A program made the translations under genes and the position numbers. A stretch of DNA of 64,000 bases, taken from Gammaproteobacteria bacterium (GTDB taxonomy: Bacteria; Pseudomonadota; Gammaproteobacteria; Steroidobacterales; Woeseiaceae). The stretch covers positions 19,082 to 83,081 of the forward strand of contig JAOTUB010000001.1 of the NCBI GenBank assembly GCA_029864095.1, given 5' to 3'. This document shows positions 38,597 through 48,140 of the stretch, in pieces. The number at the start of each line of letters is the position of its first letter. Position 1 is the first letter of the stretch. Under the pieces are notes generated by a model. The model searched no databases, had not been told where the DNA came from, and worked only from the letters and a program-made list of their open reading frames with translations.

Positions 38597-40827
38597 ATCG
38601 TGCTCCAGCGTCGCCTGAGGAGCCATTCGCCAGATTTGAGCATGAACAGCAACAGGAACCAGGCCGGCGCATCCCAGACAGGACGATCGACGGTCTCAGT
38701 AATGCCGGCACTCGAGTATTGCAGGATTTCGGGCAGCGTATCGAGCCCATTTACCGCAAAAAACGTTCCGCCCGTCACGTCCGACAGCCGCCTGAGCAAA
38801 GCCGGGTTGGCGCGCAGGTTAAAGTGTTCGCGGCTTTCGGGGTCGACGTAGATGCCCGTGCGCAGGACCTCGGTGGTCTCGTCATCGCTGCGGGCCATCG
38901 CTTCGATATACCAGTTGCCTGGCGTACCAGGATCGAAACGTCCCGTGAATACACCCGGCGATTCGCCGTCAGGCATCAGTTCCACGACCTGCGACTCGCC
39001 CCCCTCATGCGTAGCAATAGCGGATACGCGCATGTCGCCGATGGGTTCAAACGCCTCGTCGCGCAGCTCGACACGCACGTCCAGCGACGCACCCTCGCCC
39101 CTGCCAGCAACAATCGAAGTGCGCAGCGGCGCATTGCTGACCAGCGCACGCAGCAATTGTCGCCAGAAGCGTTCGTGCCGGTCGTCATCAACGGGCAGGC
39201 TCATCTGCCAGCGCCAGGTGCCGCCCGTCGCAAGTACAAAACTTTGGCCGAGGCCAAACGGCTGCATGACCAGCAATGGCAGCACGCCGGTGTCTGTCCG
39301 AACCGTCAGCAGCGTGCGGGAGGCCGGCTTGACTCCCGTCGTGCGCTGATAGTCGGCAAGATCGGGCAGACCCTCCCAGCGCTGCCGGTTTTCTTCGTCT
39401 GTTGCCCCAAGGCGCAGCGGCTCGTAGCGAACGCCTTGCGGCGCCAGTTGCGCGTGCGCTTTTTCGCGCACGAACGACGTTTCGGTACTCGGGGGCAGCA
39501 ATACGGGAAGCAGGTCCGCGACGGTCGATTGACCCCAACCGCCATCACCAAGCCCGTTGCGCCCGGCCAGCAACAGCAAGCTGCCTCCCCGGTCGCTCAC
39601 AAAGGCGCTTATGTTGGCGAGTTGTTCGTCGCTGAACGCAGCAGCCTCGACGCTGCCAATGATCAGCGCGTCGTAAGCGAAGAGCGCATCACGCGTCTCG
39701 GGAAAGCCTGCCGCGAGCTGCTCGGGGCTGTCCAAGCCCTGACGGTAAAACTTGTTCGGACTCACCTGGAGCAAGGTGGTAAGCGCGATGTCGCTGTCTG
39801 GCCCGAGCGCGCGACGCATGAATTTGTATTCCCATCGTGGCTCACCCTCGTAGTAAAGAATACGGAAGTCGTCAGCCGCAACTTTGACCAGCGATGACTG
39901 CCGGTTGTTGCGCAACTCGGTTTCGCTGCCGTCACTCTCGAGCACGAATTGCAGGCGGTGGTAACCCGCCTCGTCGATCGGAATATCGATCGGCGCCGTT
40001 GTCGTTTGCACGTCCGCGTGAAGCTGAAGCGGCACAGACTGCACCAGCGCATCGCCATCGTACACTTTGACGCGCGCCGTACCGGCAGCGTCGTGGCGGA
40101 CAGATACGCGCGCCGTCAGCGTGCTGGCAGGCAAGGCACGGGTCGGCATCGAGACGCGCTGGAGTTCCAGATCCTCTGGCATTCGCTCGCGGCCGACAGC
40201 AATCGTATGCACCGGGACACCCGCCGCCGCAAGTTCCGCAAACGTTGCAGCCGAGAGACCGCCGGCCGTGTCGATGCCGTCCGAAACCAGCACGATGCCG
40301 GCAAGTGCTTGCGTGCGACCTGCCGGCAGCACGTCGCGCAATGCCCGGGCAATCGCCGTGCCTTCTGCGGCCGGCACAGTCGCGTCGAAACTCTCCACCC
40401 CCTGCGCCTCCGTGCCGAGCAGATAACGCCTGACCTCGAGGCCAGTACGCGTCGCGGTCTCCGCAACGATGTCGAGTTGTGCACGCGCCGTATCAAAACG
40501 CGTTACGCCCCCGGCACCGTTGGCCATACTTCCGGAAGCGTCGAGCAGGAGTGCAAGAGTGTTGACACCCGGGCGCAGCTCCTCGGAACGTAGCACCGGC
40601 TGCAACAGCACGAATATGGCCACCGCCAGCATGGCGAACTGCAACAGACCCACGCTGGCAAATTTCAGGCCACGGCCCTTCTCGTATCGGCGAAGCAGCG
40701 ACAACACAATCGCGACAACGGCCAGCGCGACAAGCCCGACCCAGAGCCAGATTGGCCACAAGCTCGTGTATGCGAGTTCACCATGCGCATAGTCAATATC
40801 TGAATATTTGAACAGTGCTTCGAACAA
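38593..40827 (-). CDS. Membrane vWA plus GATase1-like domain protein
   Basis: 744 aa. Two N-terminal TM helices (LWPIWLWVGLVALAVVAIVLSLL, LLQFAMLAVAIFVLL). MIDAS LALLLDASGSM. Later ALIIGSVEAAAFSDEQLANISAFVSDRGGSLLLLAG. C-terminal TM PAWFLLLFML. Confidence 0.75.
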   Translation of the reverse strand: MFEALFKYSDIDYAHGELAYTSLWPIWLWVGLVALAVVAIVLSLLRRYEKGRGLKFASVGLLQFAMLAVAIFVLLQPVLRSEELRPGVNTLALLLDASGSMANGAGGVTRFDTARAQLDIVAETATRTGLEVRRYLLGTEAQGVESFDATVPAAEGTAIARALRDVLPAGRTQALAGIVLVSDGIDTAGGLSAATFAELAAAGVPVHTIAVGRERMPEDLELQRVSMPTRALPASTLTARVSVRHDAAGTARVKVYDGDALVQSVPLQLHADVQTTTAPIDIPIDEAGYHRLQFVLESDGSETELRNNRQSSLVKVAADDFRILYYEGEPRWEYKFMRRALGPDSDIALTTLLQVSPNKFYRQGLDSPEQLAAGFPETRDALFAYDALIIGSVEAAAFSDEQLANISAFVSDRGGSLLLLAGRNGLGDGGWGQSTVADLLPVLLPPSTETSFVREKAHAQLAPQGVRYEPLRLGATDEENRQRWEGLPDLADYQRTTGVKPASRTLLTVRTDTGVLPLLVMQPFGLGQSFVLATGGTWRWQMSLPVDDDRHERFWRQLLRALVSNAPLRTSIVAGRGEGASLDVRVELRDEAFEPIGDMRVSAIATHEGGESQVVELMPDGESPGVFTGRFDPGTPGNWYIEAMARSDDETTEVLRTGIYVDPESREHFNLRANPALLRRLSDVTGGTFFAVNGLDTLPEILQYSSAGITETVDRPVWDAPAWFLLLFMLKSGEWLLRRRWSTI

Positions 40828-40845
40828 GCGCTTAATCGTCTTTTT

Positions 40846-41604
40846 TTAGTGCGTCATCGAGTAGATCAGGTAATTGATGCCAAAGCGGTACGCAAGTGCC
40901 GTCATGTTTTCAGGGTACTCGGGCCAGTCCGCATGCTCCCAGGCATCGCCAAGGTCCATATTAAAGTTGATCACGACCATGAGCCGGCCATCGTCGTCGT
41001 AGATGCCGCGCCAATGTGGCGTATAGCCATCGCGCTCCCAGGTCACGCCTCTGTAAATGAACATGCGCGACGGAATCTGGATGCGGCTGTCGAGATCGAA
41101 ATGCACGTGAAACACCTCATCATCCTCGGGAATTTCGACGATCGGCCGGTCCGGAAACACGCGACTCAGGGTATCGATGAATGTCGCCCACTCTATGGTG
41201 CCGTGAAAATCGTCGACAACGAGAAAGCCGCCGCGGAGAAGGTATTCGCGCAGCCGCGCCGCTTCGTCCTCATTCAGCGCCCAGTAACCGACTTCCACTG
41301 CATACAGCCACGGGTAGTCAAACAAGTCATCGGCAAGCGCGGTGACCGCATGCGGCTCGCGCGCTGCCTCAACTCGGGTCAGGCGACTGATGCCCTGTAA
41401 CAGGTGATTCTCAGCCTCAGGCATGTCGGTTCGCCACTTCGTCCGCCGGCCCCGACCATATTCCGCGAGCTGGTTTGACCCGTAGGCAAGGCGCACGAAA
41501 CGGAATTCGGCGTGCTCGCCCGGTGTGAGCTCGTCAGCCGCAACGGGTGGCGCGACGAACGCCAGCAACAACCACAGTCGACCAAATACGTGCATACCCG
41601 TCAT
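40846..41604 (-). CDS. Secreted DUF4159-like (GATase1-like fold) protein, first gene of the MoxR operon
   Basis: ATG 41604 (or 41595) gives the signal MTGMHVFGRLWLLLAFVAPPVAA. Core DDLFDYPWLYAVEVGYWALNEDEAARLREYLLRGGFLVVDDFHG ... FPDRPIVEIPEDDEVFH ... NFNMDLGDAWE ... AYRFGINYLIYSMTH matches my memory of DUF4159. The track ORF start at 41799 is an unlikely extension. Confidence 0.7.
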   Translation of the reverse strand: MTGMHVFGRLWLLLAFVAPPVAADELTPGEHAEFRFVRLAYGSNQLAEYGRGRRTKWRTDMPEAENHLLQGISRLTRVEAAREPHAVTALADDLFDYPWLYAVEVGYWALNEDEAARLREYLLRGGFLVVDDFHGTIEWATFIDTLSRVFPDRPIVEIPEDDEVFHVHFDLDSRIQIPSRMFIYRGVTWERDGYTPHWRGIYDDDGRLMVVINFNMDLGDAWEHADWPEYPENMTALAYRFGINYLIYSMTH

Positions 41605-41802
41605 TCCATAGTTTGACCTGGAAGTCGCTCTCGCTCGACGCGGCACGTCGTCCCGAATGTAGCGCCTTGTCCCGGAGGCGATGATTTCATTCGTGACAAT
41701 ACCGGCCGCAAAACCATAAGACCTGTCATGCTTATGGGCGGACAGGCTCGATGGTGCTAGTGTATATAGTACACCGTTCCACCAACGAGAGCCCCGCATT
41801 AA

Positions 41803-42363
41803 ATGCTGCCCAAGAAAGAGGCCAAAACACTCGGTTTGCCCGACACGCCGGCCGGCAGCGGCAGGCGGCTATCGTACTGGCCCAATCTTTCTGTTACCGG
41901 TCCTGCAGGAATGTCGAGCGAGGCGCTGGGGGACCTTTTTGGTGACGGCGCGGCTGCCGTGTCCGTGTCGGCAAGTCCCGCGCAACTGGTTCTCGACAAC
42001 GATGATCGAGGCCGAAGCGTCGAGCCCCGCAAGCTCGAGTTGGAGACGGCGCTTACAGATTATCGCGAAGCGGTAATCGCTGCATTCAATGACATCGAAG
42101 TGTCACTGCGCAACATTGGGCTGCTCGAAGCACTTGGTGTGGTGGCCGCCGAGGATCTCAAGCGGGCCGAAGAGTCGTTCCGGATCGCCGAGTCGCGCTA
42201 TCGCGCAGGCGTTGCAGACTTTCAAACCGTGCCGATTTCGCAGAATCAGTTGTTCGGTTCCCGGAATGCCTGCCTCGACAACAAGCTCGCGCAGCTGAAT
42301 GCAAGCATCGATTTCGGCCAGCCACTGGGTGGCCGCTGGCAATCGGAAATTGAGGCACGGTAA
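41803..42363 (+). pseudogene. 5'-truncated outer-membrane efflux factor (NodT/TolC family), C-terminal third only
   Basis: 186 codons matching the last OMF repeat (YWPNLSVTGPAGMSSEALGDLF, LELETALTDYREAVIAAFNDIEVSL, AEESFRIAESRYRAGVADFQTV). An in-frame TAA lies immediately upstream (41800..41802), and only about 200 nt separate it from the divergent operon, whereas a full OMF needs roughly 850 more nt. Confidence 0.75.
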
Positions 42364-42414
42364 GCCAAACGGCATACCCGATCGCCGGAAAGGAATTATG
42401 GGACGAGGTCGGGA

Positions 42415-43098
42415 ATGATCGAAATAAGGGATCTGCACATGTCTTACCCGGTGGAATCCGCGTCGATCGATGTGCTTGCGGGCGTCGATATGACGATCGC
42501 CGACGGCGAGACTGTCGCCATCATCGGGCCATCCGGCTCCGGCAAGACAACGCTGCTGGTGTTGCTGGCCGGGCTGGAAAGGCCGGATGCCGGCTGCATC
42601 GAGTTCGATGGCGTCGACATTACCGAACTCGATGGCGACGCACTGGCCGACATACGTCGCGACAGAGTCGGAATCGTGTTCCAGTCCTTCCATCTCGTGC
42701 CAAGCCTGACAGCGCTTGGTAACGTGGCATTGCCGATCGAGATCGCGGGCGGGGACCAGGCTCGAGAGCGTGCGTTGCGACTGCTCGCACGCGCGGGACT
42801 TGCCGACCGCGCCAATCACTATCCGTCCCAGCTTTCGGGCGGCGAACAGCAACGGGTTGCGATCGCCCGCGCACTTGTGCATTCGCCGGACATCGTGCTC
42901 GCCGACGAACCGACCGGTAACCTCGACCTTCGCACCGGGGCGAACATTATCGATATCTTGTTTCGGCTTAACGCGGAATCCGGTTCCACGTTGATCATGG
43001 TCACGCACGACAATGAAATCGCACGGCGCTGCCAGCGCGCATTTCGGCTCAACGACGGCCGGCTGATCGAAGACGAAGATCATGCGATTTCTGCTTGA
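42415..43098 (+). CDS. ABC transporter ATP-binding protein (YbbA/LolD-like)
   Basis: Walker A GPSGSGKTT, signature LSGGEQQRVAIARAL, Walker B IVLADEPTGNLD. Overlaps the downstream permease gene by 17 nt. Confidence 0.9.
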   Translation: MIEIRDLHMSYPVESASIDVLAGVDMTIADGETVAIIGPSGSGKTTLLVLLAGLERPDAGCIEFDGVDITELDGDALADIRRDRVGIVFQSFHLVPSLTALGNVALPIEIAGGDQARERALRLLARAGLADRANHYPSQLSGGEQQRVAIARALVHSPDIVLADEPTGNLDLRTGANIIDILFRLNAESGSTLIMVTHDNEIARRCQRAFRLNDGRLIEDEDHAISA

Positions 43099-45601
43099 TT
43101 TTGCGTGGCAGGATCTACGCGCGAGCGGCAGGTCGCTGTGGGTGTTTTGTGCCTGCGTATTTCTCGGTGTCGCGCTCGTGGCTGCTACCGGCGGGCTTTA
43201 CCGGCTGATCAACCAGGGATTGCTGGCCGATACCCGCCAACTGCTTGGCGGCGATGTCGAGGTCGACGCCGACGAGCCGTTACCGGAAACGGTCATGGAC
43301 TGGATGCGCGAACGCGGCGACGTGTCTGTTGTGATGGAGCTGGACACGATGCTCGGCACGGATGCTGGCGATTTTCTGCGCGTCGAGCTGCAGGCCATGG
43401 ATGCGGCCTATCCCCTGTACGGCAAGCTGGTGCTGCAACCCGAGATGACGCTTGGCGAGGCTACCGGGTTTGCGGACGGTCACTGGGGTATCGCACTCGA
43501 CCCGGTGCTGACCGAAAACCTGGGTCTGACCGTGGGTGATGAGGTCTACGTCGGTTCACTGGCGATGCGGGTACGCGCACTCGTGCTGCAACAGCCGGAC
43601 CGTGCGCTCAATGCCGAATGGCGCGGCGCGCCGGTGTTGCTCAGCGACGCGGCCCTCAGAGAAACCGGACTGGTTCAGGCCGGCAGCGTCGTCGATTACG
43701 ACTACCGCGTGCGCACGTCGCTGCCCACAAATGACTGGCGCCGGCAGTTTTATGCCGCCTTTCCGGGCGAAGCCTGGGAGGTTCGCAGCTTCGAGAGCCG
43801 TGGCCGGCGCATCGCAGAGCGCCTGGACCAGCTTGCGTCAGGATTGTTGATTATCGGCTTCAGTACGTTGTTCATTGGTGGCCTCGGTGTATTCAACAGC
43901 ATTCAGGCCTACCTGCAGAGCAAGCTGAAAACGATTGCGACATTGCGTGCACTGGGGCTTCGCAGGCGCCGGCTGGCGGCCATATACCTCCTCGAAGTCG
44001 GCATCATGAGCGGCGCTTCCAGCCTGGCAGGGGCCCTCATCGGCGGAGGGCTGGCGCTTGCCGGGGCTGCGACCGTCGCGGCGGAGCTGCCGATGGTCAC
44101 CGCATTTGGAAGCCTTCCGGTACCGGTCCTGATCGCCGCGGCTTTCGGCCTGCTGACGGCCTATGCGTTTGCGTTTCCCGCCATCGGACGGGCACTGACG
44201 GTCGACCCGGCCACCCTTTTTCGAGGTACGGCGGCGGAGTCGGCGCACCGGCCTGCCCGCTGGTGGCTGGCGTCGCTCGCCTGCGGCACGATTATTATTG
44301 CACTGGTGTTGCTGGTGCTCCCGGATACCCTTTTCGGGGCAGGTTTTGTGCTCACCGTCGGATTGCTGTTGCTGCTGCTCGATCTTGTCGTTCGCGGCAT
44401 ACGTGGTGGCGCGAAGCGGCTGGACGATCATCCTGCGCTGACGCGTCGCTTCGATTTGCGCCTGGCGCTCGCCAATCTTCACCGCCCGGGTACACCACTG
44501 CGTGCCACGCTGCTGTCGCTGGGCTCGGCGCTGACCCTGCTCGTCGCCTGTGCAATGGTCGTCACCTCGCTGGTAAGGACGATCAACGAGACGGTACCCG
44601 AAGAATCGCCGGCGCTGGTGCTCTACGACATCATCGGTGATCAGCTGGACAGCGTCGCCGCCGCGTTGCAGCAATTACCGGGTGTGGTACGTCTCGATAC
44701 GACGCCGCTCGTGCGATCCCGAATTGTCGCCGTCAACGGGCAGGCGACGAGCGAGCTCGGCCATCTCAATCGGGCGCAGCGTCGCGATGCCTCACAAGAC
44801 AATTACGATCTCAGTTATTCGGCCAACAACATTGACGACGTCACGCTGTTTGCCGGCGAATGGTGGGACGACCCCGTCGAGGATGTGGCTCGACTGGCTA
44901 TCGAGGATCGCGAGGCGGAGCAACTTGGCTTGCAGCTTGGTGATCTGGTCACCTTCGGCATAGCAGGCCATAGACTGGAGACCCGGATTGAAGCGATCTT
45001 CAGCCAGCGCGGCGTGCAGACGAGATTCTGGTTCGAGGGCATCGTCTCCGATGGTGCGCTGGACGGTCTGGTCCATCGGCATGTCGGCGCCGCGTACATG
45101 GATGACGCCGTAGCCATCGATGCGCAGCGACGTATCGGCCAGATCGCGCCGAACGTCATCACCGTTCGGACGGCGACTTTGCTCGCCACGGCCCGGGACA
45201 TCCTCGGCAAGGCGGTAGCCGGCCTTGCGGTCGTGGCCGGCGTCAGCCTGCTCGCGAGCGTCCTGGTGCTCATCAGCGTCATGGCGGCGGGGCGCAGCCG
45301 TCAGATCTACGACGCCACCGTGCTGCACTCGCTGGGCACTCGAATGGCCGCGATTCGCCGCAGCTTGCTCCTGGAATATGCACTGTTGGCGCTGATCACG
45401 ACGACGTTCGCCGTATTGCTGGGTTCGGCGATCGCGCTGCCGCTTCTGAGTATGCGGCTGAAATTGCCGACCGATGACCTGCTACTGGTGGGGCTGACAA
45501 CGGCTGCCGTTGTCAGCGGCGTGTCGCTGCATCTCGGTGCCCGTTATTTGCTGCGCAGGTTGCAGGTGTGGCCGGCTATATTGTTGCGCGGCGCGAACTG
45601 A
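43082..45601 (+). CDS. FtsX-family ABC permease, double-module (YbbP-like)
   Basis: 839 aa, with two blocks each made of one TM helix, a large extracytoplasmic domain and a three-TM FtsX-type bundle. Confidence 0.85.
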   Translation: MRFLLDFAWQDLRASGRSLWVFCACVFLGVALVAATGGLYRLINQGLLADTRQLLGGDVEVDADEPLPETVMDWMRERGDVSVVMELDTMLGTDAGDFLRVELQAMDAAYPLYGKLVLQPEMTLGEATGFADGHWGIALDPVLTENLGLTVGDEVYVGSLAMRVRALVLQQPDRALNAEWRGAPVLLSDAALRETGLVQAGSVVDYDYRVRTSLPTNDWRRQFYAAFPGEAWEVRSFESRGRRIAERLDQLASGLLIIGFSTLFIGGLGVFNSIQAYLQSKLKTIATLRALGLRRRRLAAIYLLEVGIMSGASSLAGALIGGGLALAGAATVAAELPMVTAFGSLPVPVLIAAAFGLLTAYAFAFPAIGRALTVDPATLFRGTAAESAHRPARWWLASLACGTIIIALVLLVLPDTLFGAGFVLTVGLLLLLLDLVVRGIRGGAKRLDDHPALTRRFDLRLALANLHRPGTPLRATLLSLGSALTLLVACAMVVTSLVRTINETVPEESPALVLYDIIGDQLDSVAAALQQLPGVVRLDTTPLVRSRIVAVNGQATSELGHLNRAQRRDASQDNYDLSYSANNIDDVTLFAGEWWDDPVEDVARLAIEDREAEQLGLQLGDLVTFGIAGHRLETRIEAIFSQRGVQTRFWFEGIVSDGALDGLVHRHVGAAYMDDAVAIDAQRRIGQIAPNVITVRTATLLATARDILGKAVAGLAVVAGVSLLASVLVLISVMAAGRSRQIYDATVLHSLGTRMAAIRRSLLLEYALLALITTTFAVLLGSAIALPLLSMRLKLPTDDLLLVGLTTAAVVSGVSLHLGARYLLRRLQVWPAILLRGAN

Positions 45602-45644
45602 CAAGCATGGGTCGACGCAGGCGCTCACAGCTCTGTGCGGATCC

Positions 45645-46403
45645 ATGCCGGCCGGCACGATGATGCGAGCTGCGATGTTGCTGGTTTGCCTTGGCCTGGA
45701 GGCCGGTGTCGCGGCGGACGATCCGGATGCGCCACTCGCCGAGTTTCACATGGCGCGTCTCATCTATGACAGCGGCAGGAATGAACGGGCATGGCGATCA
45801 TGGTGGGCTATCGACTACCCCGAGGCCGAGTATCACCTGATGCGCGGCCTGGCACGCCTGACCAGTCTCGACGTTGCCGACGACAGCATACATTTGCGCC
45901 TGACCGACGACGACATCTTCGATCACCCGTGGCTGTTCGCGCAGCAAGTCGGGCAGTGGCACCTGAGCGACGCCGAGATCCTGCGGCTACGCGAGTTCGT
46001 CCGGCGCGGCGGCTTCCTCGTCGTGGATGACTTCCACGGCCGTTTCGAGTGGCCGATCATGAGCGCGGTCATGCAGCGCGCGTTTCCGGAGTGGCCGATC
46101 GAGCCGTTGCCTGAAGATCACGATCTGATGACTGTGCTTTACGACCTCGATCAAAGTACGCAGATACCGGGCCGGCGCCACCTGTACCGTGGCGCCGGCG
46201 GACAGGTCGAGGCCCAGTTGCGCGGCCCGGCAGAATGGTACGGCATCAGTGATGACAGCGGCCGGCTGGTCGTCGCGATCAATTTCAACATGGACATGGG
46301 CGATGCCTGGGAACACGCCGATGATCCGGCTTATCCGTTGCCGATGACCTCGCTGGCGTATCGATTCGCAGTCAACTACGTCATTTACGCGATGACGCAC
46401 TAG
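45645..46403 (+). CDS. Secreted DUF4159-like protein, second paralog
   Basis: ATG 45645 (or 45660) gives the signal MPAGTMMRAAMLLVCLGLEAGVAA. Collinear with 40846..41604, about half identical by eye (DDIFDHPWLFAQQVGQWHLSDAEILRLREFVRRGGFLVVDDFHG, NFNMDMGDAWE, AYRFAVNYVIYAMTH). Confidence 0.7.
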   Translation: MPAGTMMRAAMLLVCLGLEAGVAADDPDAPLAEFHMARLIYDSGRNERAWRSWWAIDYPEAEYHLMRGLARLTSLDVADDSIHLRLTDDDIFDHPWLFAQQVGQWHLSDAEILRLREFVRRGGFLVVDDFHGRFEWPIMSAVMQRAFPEWPIEPLPEDHDLMTVLYDLDQSTQIPGRRHLYRGAGGQVEAQLRGPAEWYGISDDSGRLVVAINFNMDMGDAWEHADDPAYPLPMTSLAYRFAVNYVIYAMTH

Positions 46404-46552
46404 TCGCCGAGCATATTGATCTGCCGAAGATCCTTCGCGCGTCAGGCAAGATCGCCCCAGGCAGCAACGCTACCGCCACGAGGTGTTGGTTCAGCGTCAA
46501 ATTCATTCGTACTTGCGTCTCTTTCGACCACGCGCGGCTCGGCCGTGAGGTG

Positions 46553-47704
46553 TTAGTCGTGACCGTGCGTGAGGTCGTCCTGGAAGCGCTCGTAGTGCTG
46601 CCGCAACAGATCTTTGCCGTAGTCATTGCCGTTGGGCGTGCGCGTCACCGAGTGGATGTGGTCCCTGGCCGTATATCCGAGCTCGCGCAAGGCGATAGGC
46701 CGCTGATGGTCGAACTCGATCAACACGACCGGACTCTGGATGCGGTAGTAGAAGATCGCATCGTCGTCGGTGGCCCCAACCCACGCGAACCAGGTGTCGT
46801 CGAGGTGCTCGACAATCTCCGCCATGCGAACGGCCGCGTGATCTTCTTTCATGTTGCCGACGTACTCGGCAATGAGTTCGACAAACTGGTCGCGTTGTTC
46901 GGCCGTCAGCTCGGTCGCCCGAATGCCCGCATACGGAATGGTGACATTGTCGCTGTTGGCCTGCGCCAGAATGGTATTGCCATGCTTGTCGCCGAGGCTG
47001 GCGCGCCGCCACTGCTCATCGGACAAGGAGCGGACAAATGACAGCCCCTGCTGTTCCTCGGCCTGCAGTACGCGAGTGCCGGCGTAGGGGCCGTCGTCGG
47101 CATACACCGGCTCGGAGCCGAGAAAGGTCGGGGTCATGACCACCTGGTCGCCCAGAACGAAACAGTTGACGATCAGGTGGTGGCCTTCGAGCTGCCAGCC
47201 CCACGGCTCAGTCGGCGACGGGGTACCCATGATCGCCAGCCAGTACAGTTGTTCGCCGTATTCGCCGTCCCGCCCGGTCAGCCAGGCGAGATGAGCGTTC
47301 AGGCGCATGATGTCGCGCGTCGTTTTCAGCCCTTTGGCGCTCAGCGCGGTCGCGAGCATGTCGAACGCGGCCGCCGCCTGGACCTTGTTCATGTCCTCGA
47401 ACGAGAGTCCGCGCCGCGGCGCGCGATGGGTGTTCGACCACTCGCGCCACTGGTCGCCGTCGACCGGGAAGCTGATCGCATCGCGCTGTGCACCATCGAG
47501 CAACTCTAGAAGGCCTTGCGTCGCCTCGATATACGGGGCGGTACTCACGCCCGTCGATTCGATGGCAAACACCCGCGGAACTACATGTCCGTCGGTCGTC
47601 ACTCCGACGAACGACTCGTCCCGCTGTGCATAAGCCGTAAACGCCACGCTCGACGCGACGATTATTGCAGCGGACAGGGAAGCAGTCTTTGTACGGTGTC
47701 CCAT
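46553..47704 (-). CDS. Secreted DUF3500-like protein
   Basis: 383-aa ORF with signal MGHRTKTASLSAAIIVASSVAFTAYAQ. The block WQLEGHHLIVNCFVLGDQVVMTPTFLGSEP resembles DUF3500 as I remember it. Function unknown. Confidence 0.5.
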   Translation of the reverse strand: MGHRTKTASLSAAIIVASSVAFTAYAQRDESFVGVTTDGHVVPRVFAIESTGVSTAPYIEATQGLLELLDGAQRDAISFPVDGDQWREWSNTHRAPRRGLSFEDMNKVQAAAAFDMLATALSAKGLKTTRDIMRLNAHLAWLTGRDGEYGEQLYWLAIMGTPSPTEPWGWQLEGHHLIVNCFVLGDQVVMTPTFLGSEPVYADDGPYAGTRVLQAEEQQGLSFVRSLSDEQWRRASLGDKHGNTILAQANSDNVTIPYAGIRATELTAEQRDQFVELIAEYVGNMKEDHAAVRMAEIVEHLDDTWFAWVGATDDDAIFYYRIQSPVVLIEFDHQRPIALRELGYTARDHIHSVTRTPNGNDYGKDLLRQHYERFQDDLTHGHD

Positions 47705-48140
47705 AATCTCGTCAGTTTGCCTTTGCCTATCCGGTTGGGCAATGGTAGCTCACGGCTAAGAAAGACTGGTTCAACCGCGCCGTTTCCTGACAATTCCTGT
47801 GGAATCGGGGCGCGAGCGTCGCGTTCACGAATCCGACCGACGCATCCATCGATAGCATCTTCCGGGTTACTCGGCGACGTGGGCGACCGGCCGTTCGATC
47901 AGGAGACCGGGGGTCTCGCAGCAGGGTCTTGGCACGCACGTTCGGCTTCTCGCCGATCGAATTGTATGCGGACGCTTCGTTTTGCAGCCTCACCGCAAGA
48001 AACCATGTGACAGGCATGGAGTCCCGGGCGCCTGTTGGAAAAGGTTGCTGGACAGTGACGACGGCTACCTTCACTGGGCTTTGGTGATGCCGTATTGCTC
48101 GCGACAGCGATTCCTTGTTATTCGCCTTACAGACTGGAAA

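Noticed and set aside
47705-48140. 436-nt gap between the DUF3500 gene and ceramidase-like paralog 4. Two minus-strand frames near 48075..48140 read ESLSRAIRHHQSP and RNRCREQYGITKAQ, faintly like an AraC-family C-terminus.
   Set aside because: The match is about 15 residues split over two frames, and there is no room for the rest of such a gene, so it is too weak to call. The gap remains unexplained beyond holding the DUF3500 promoter.
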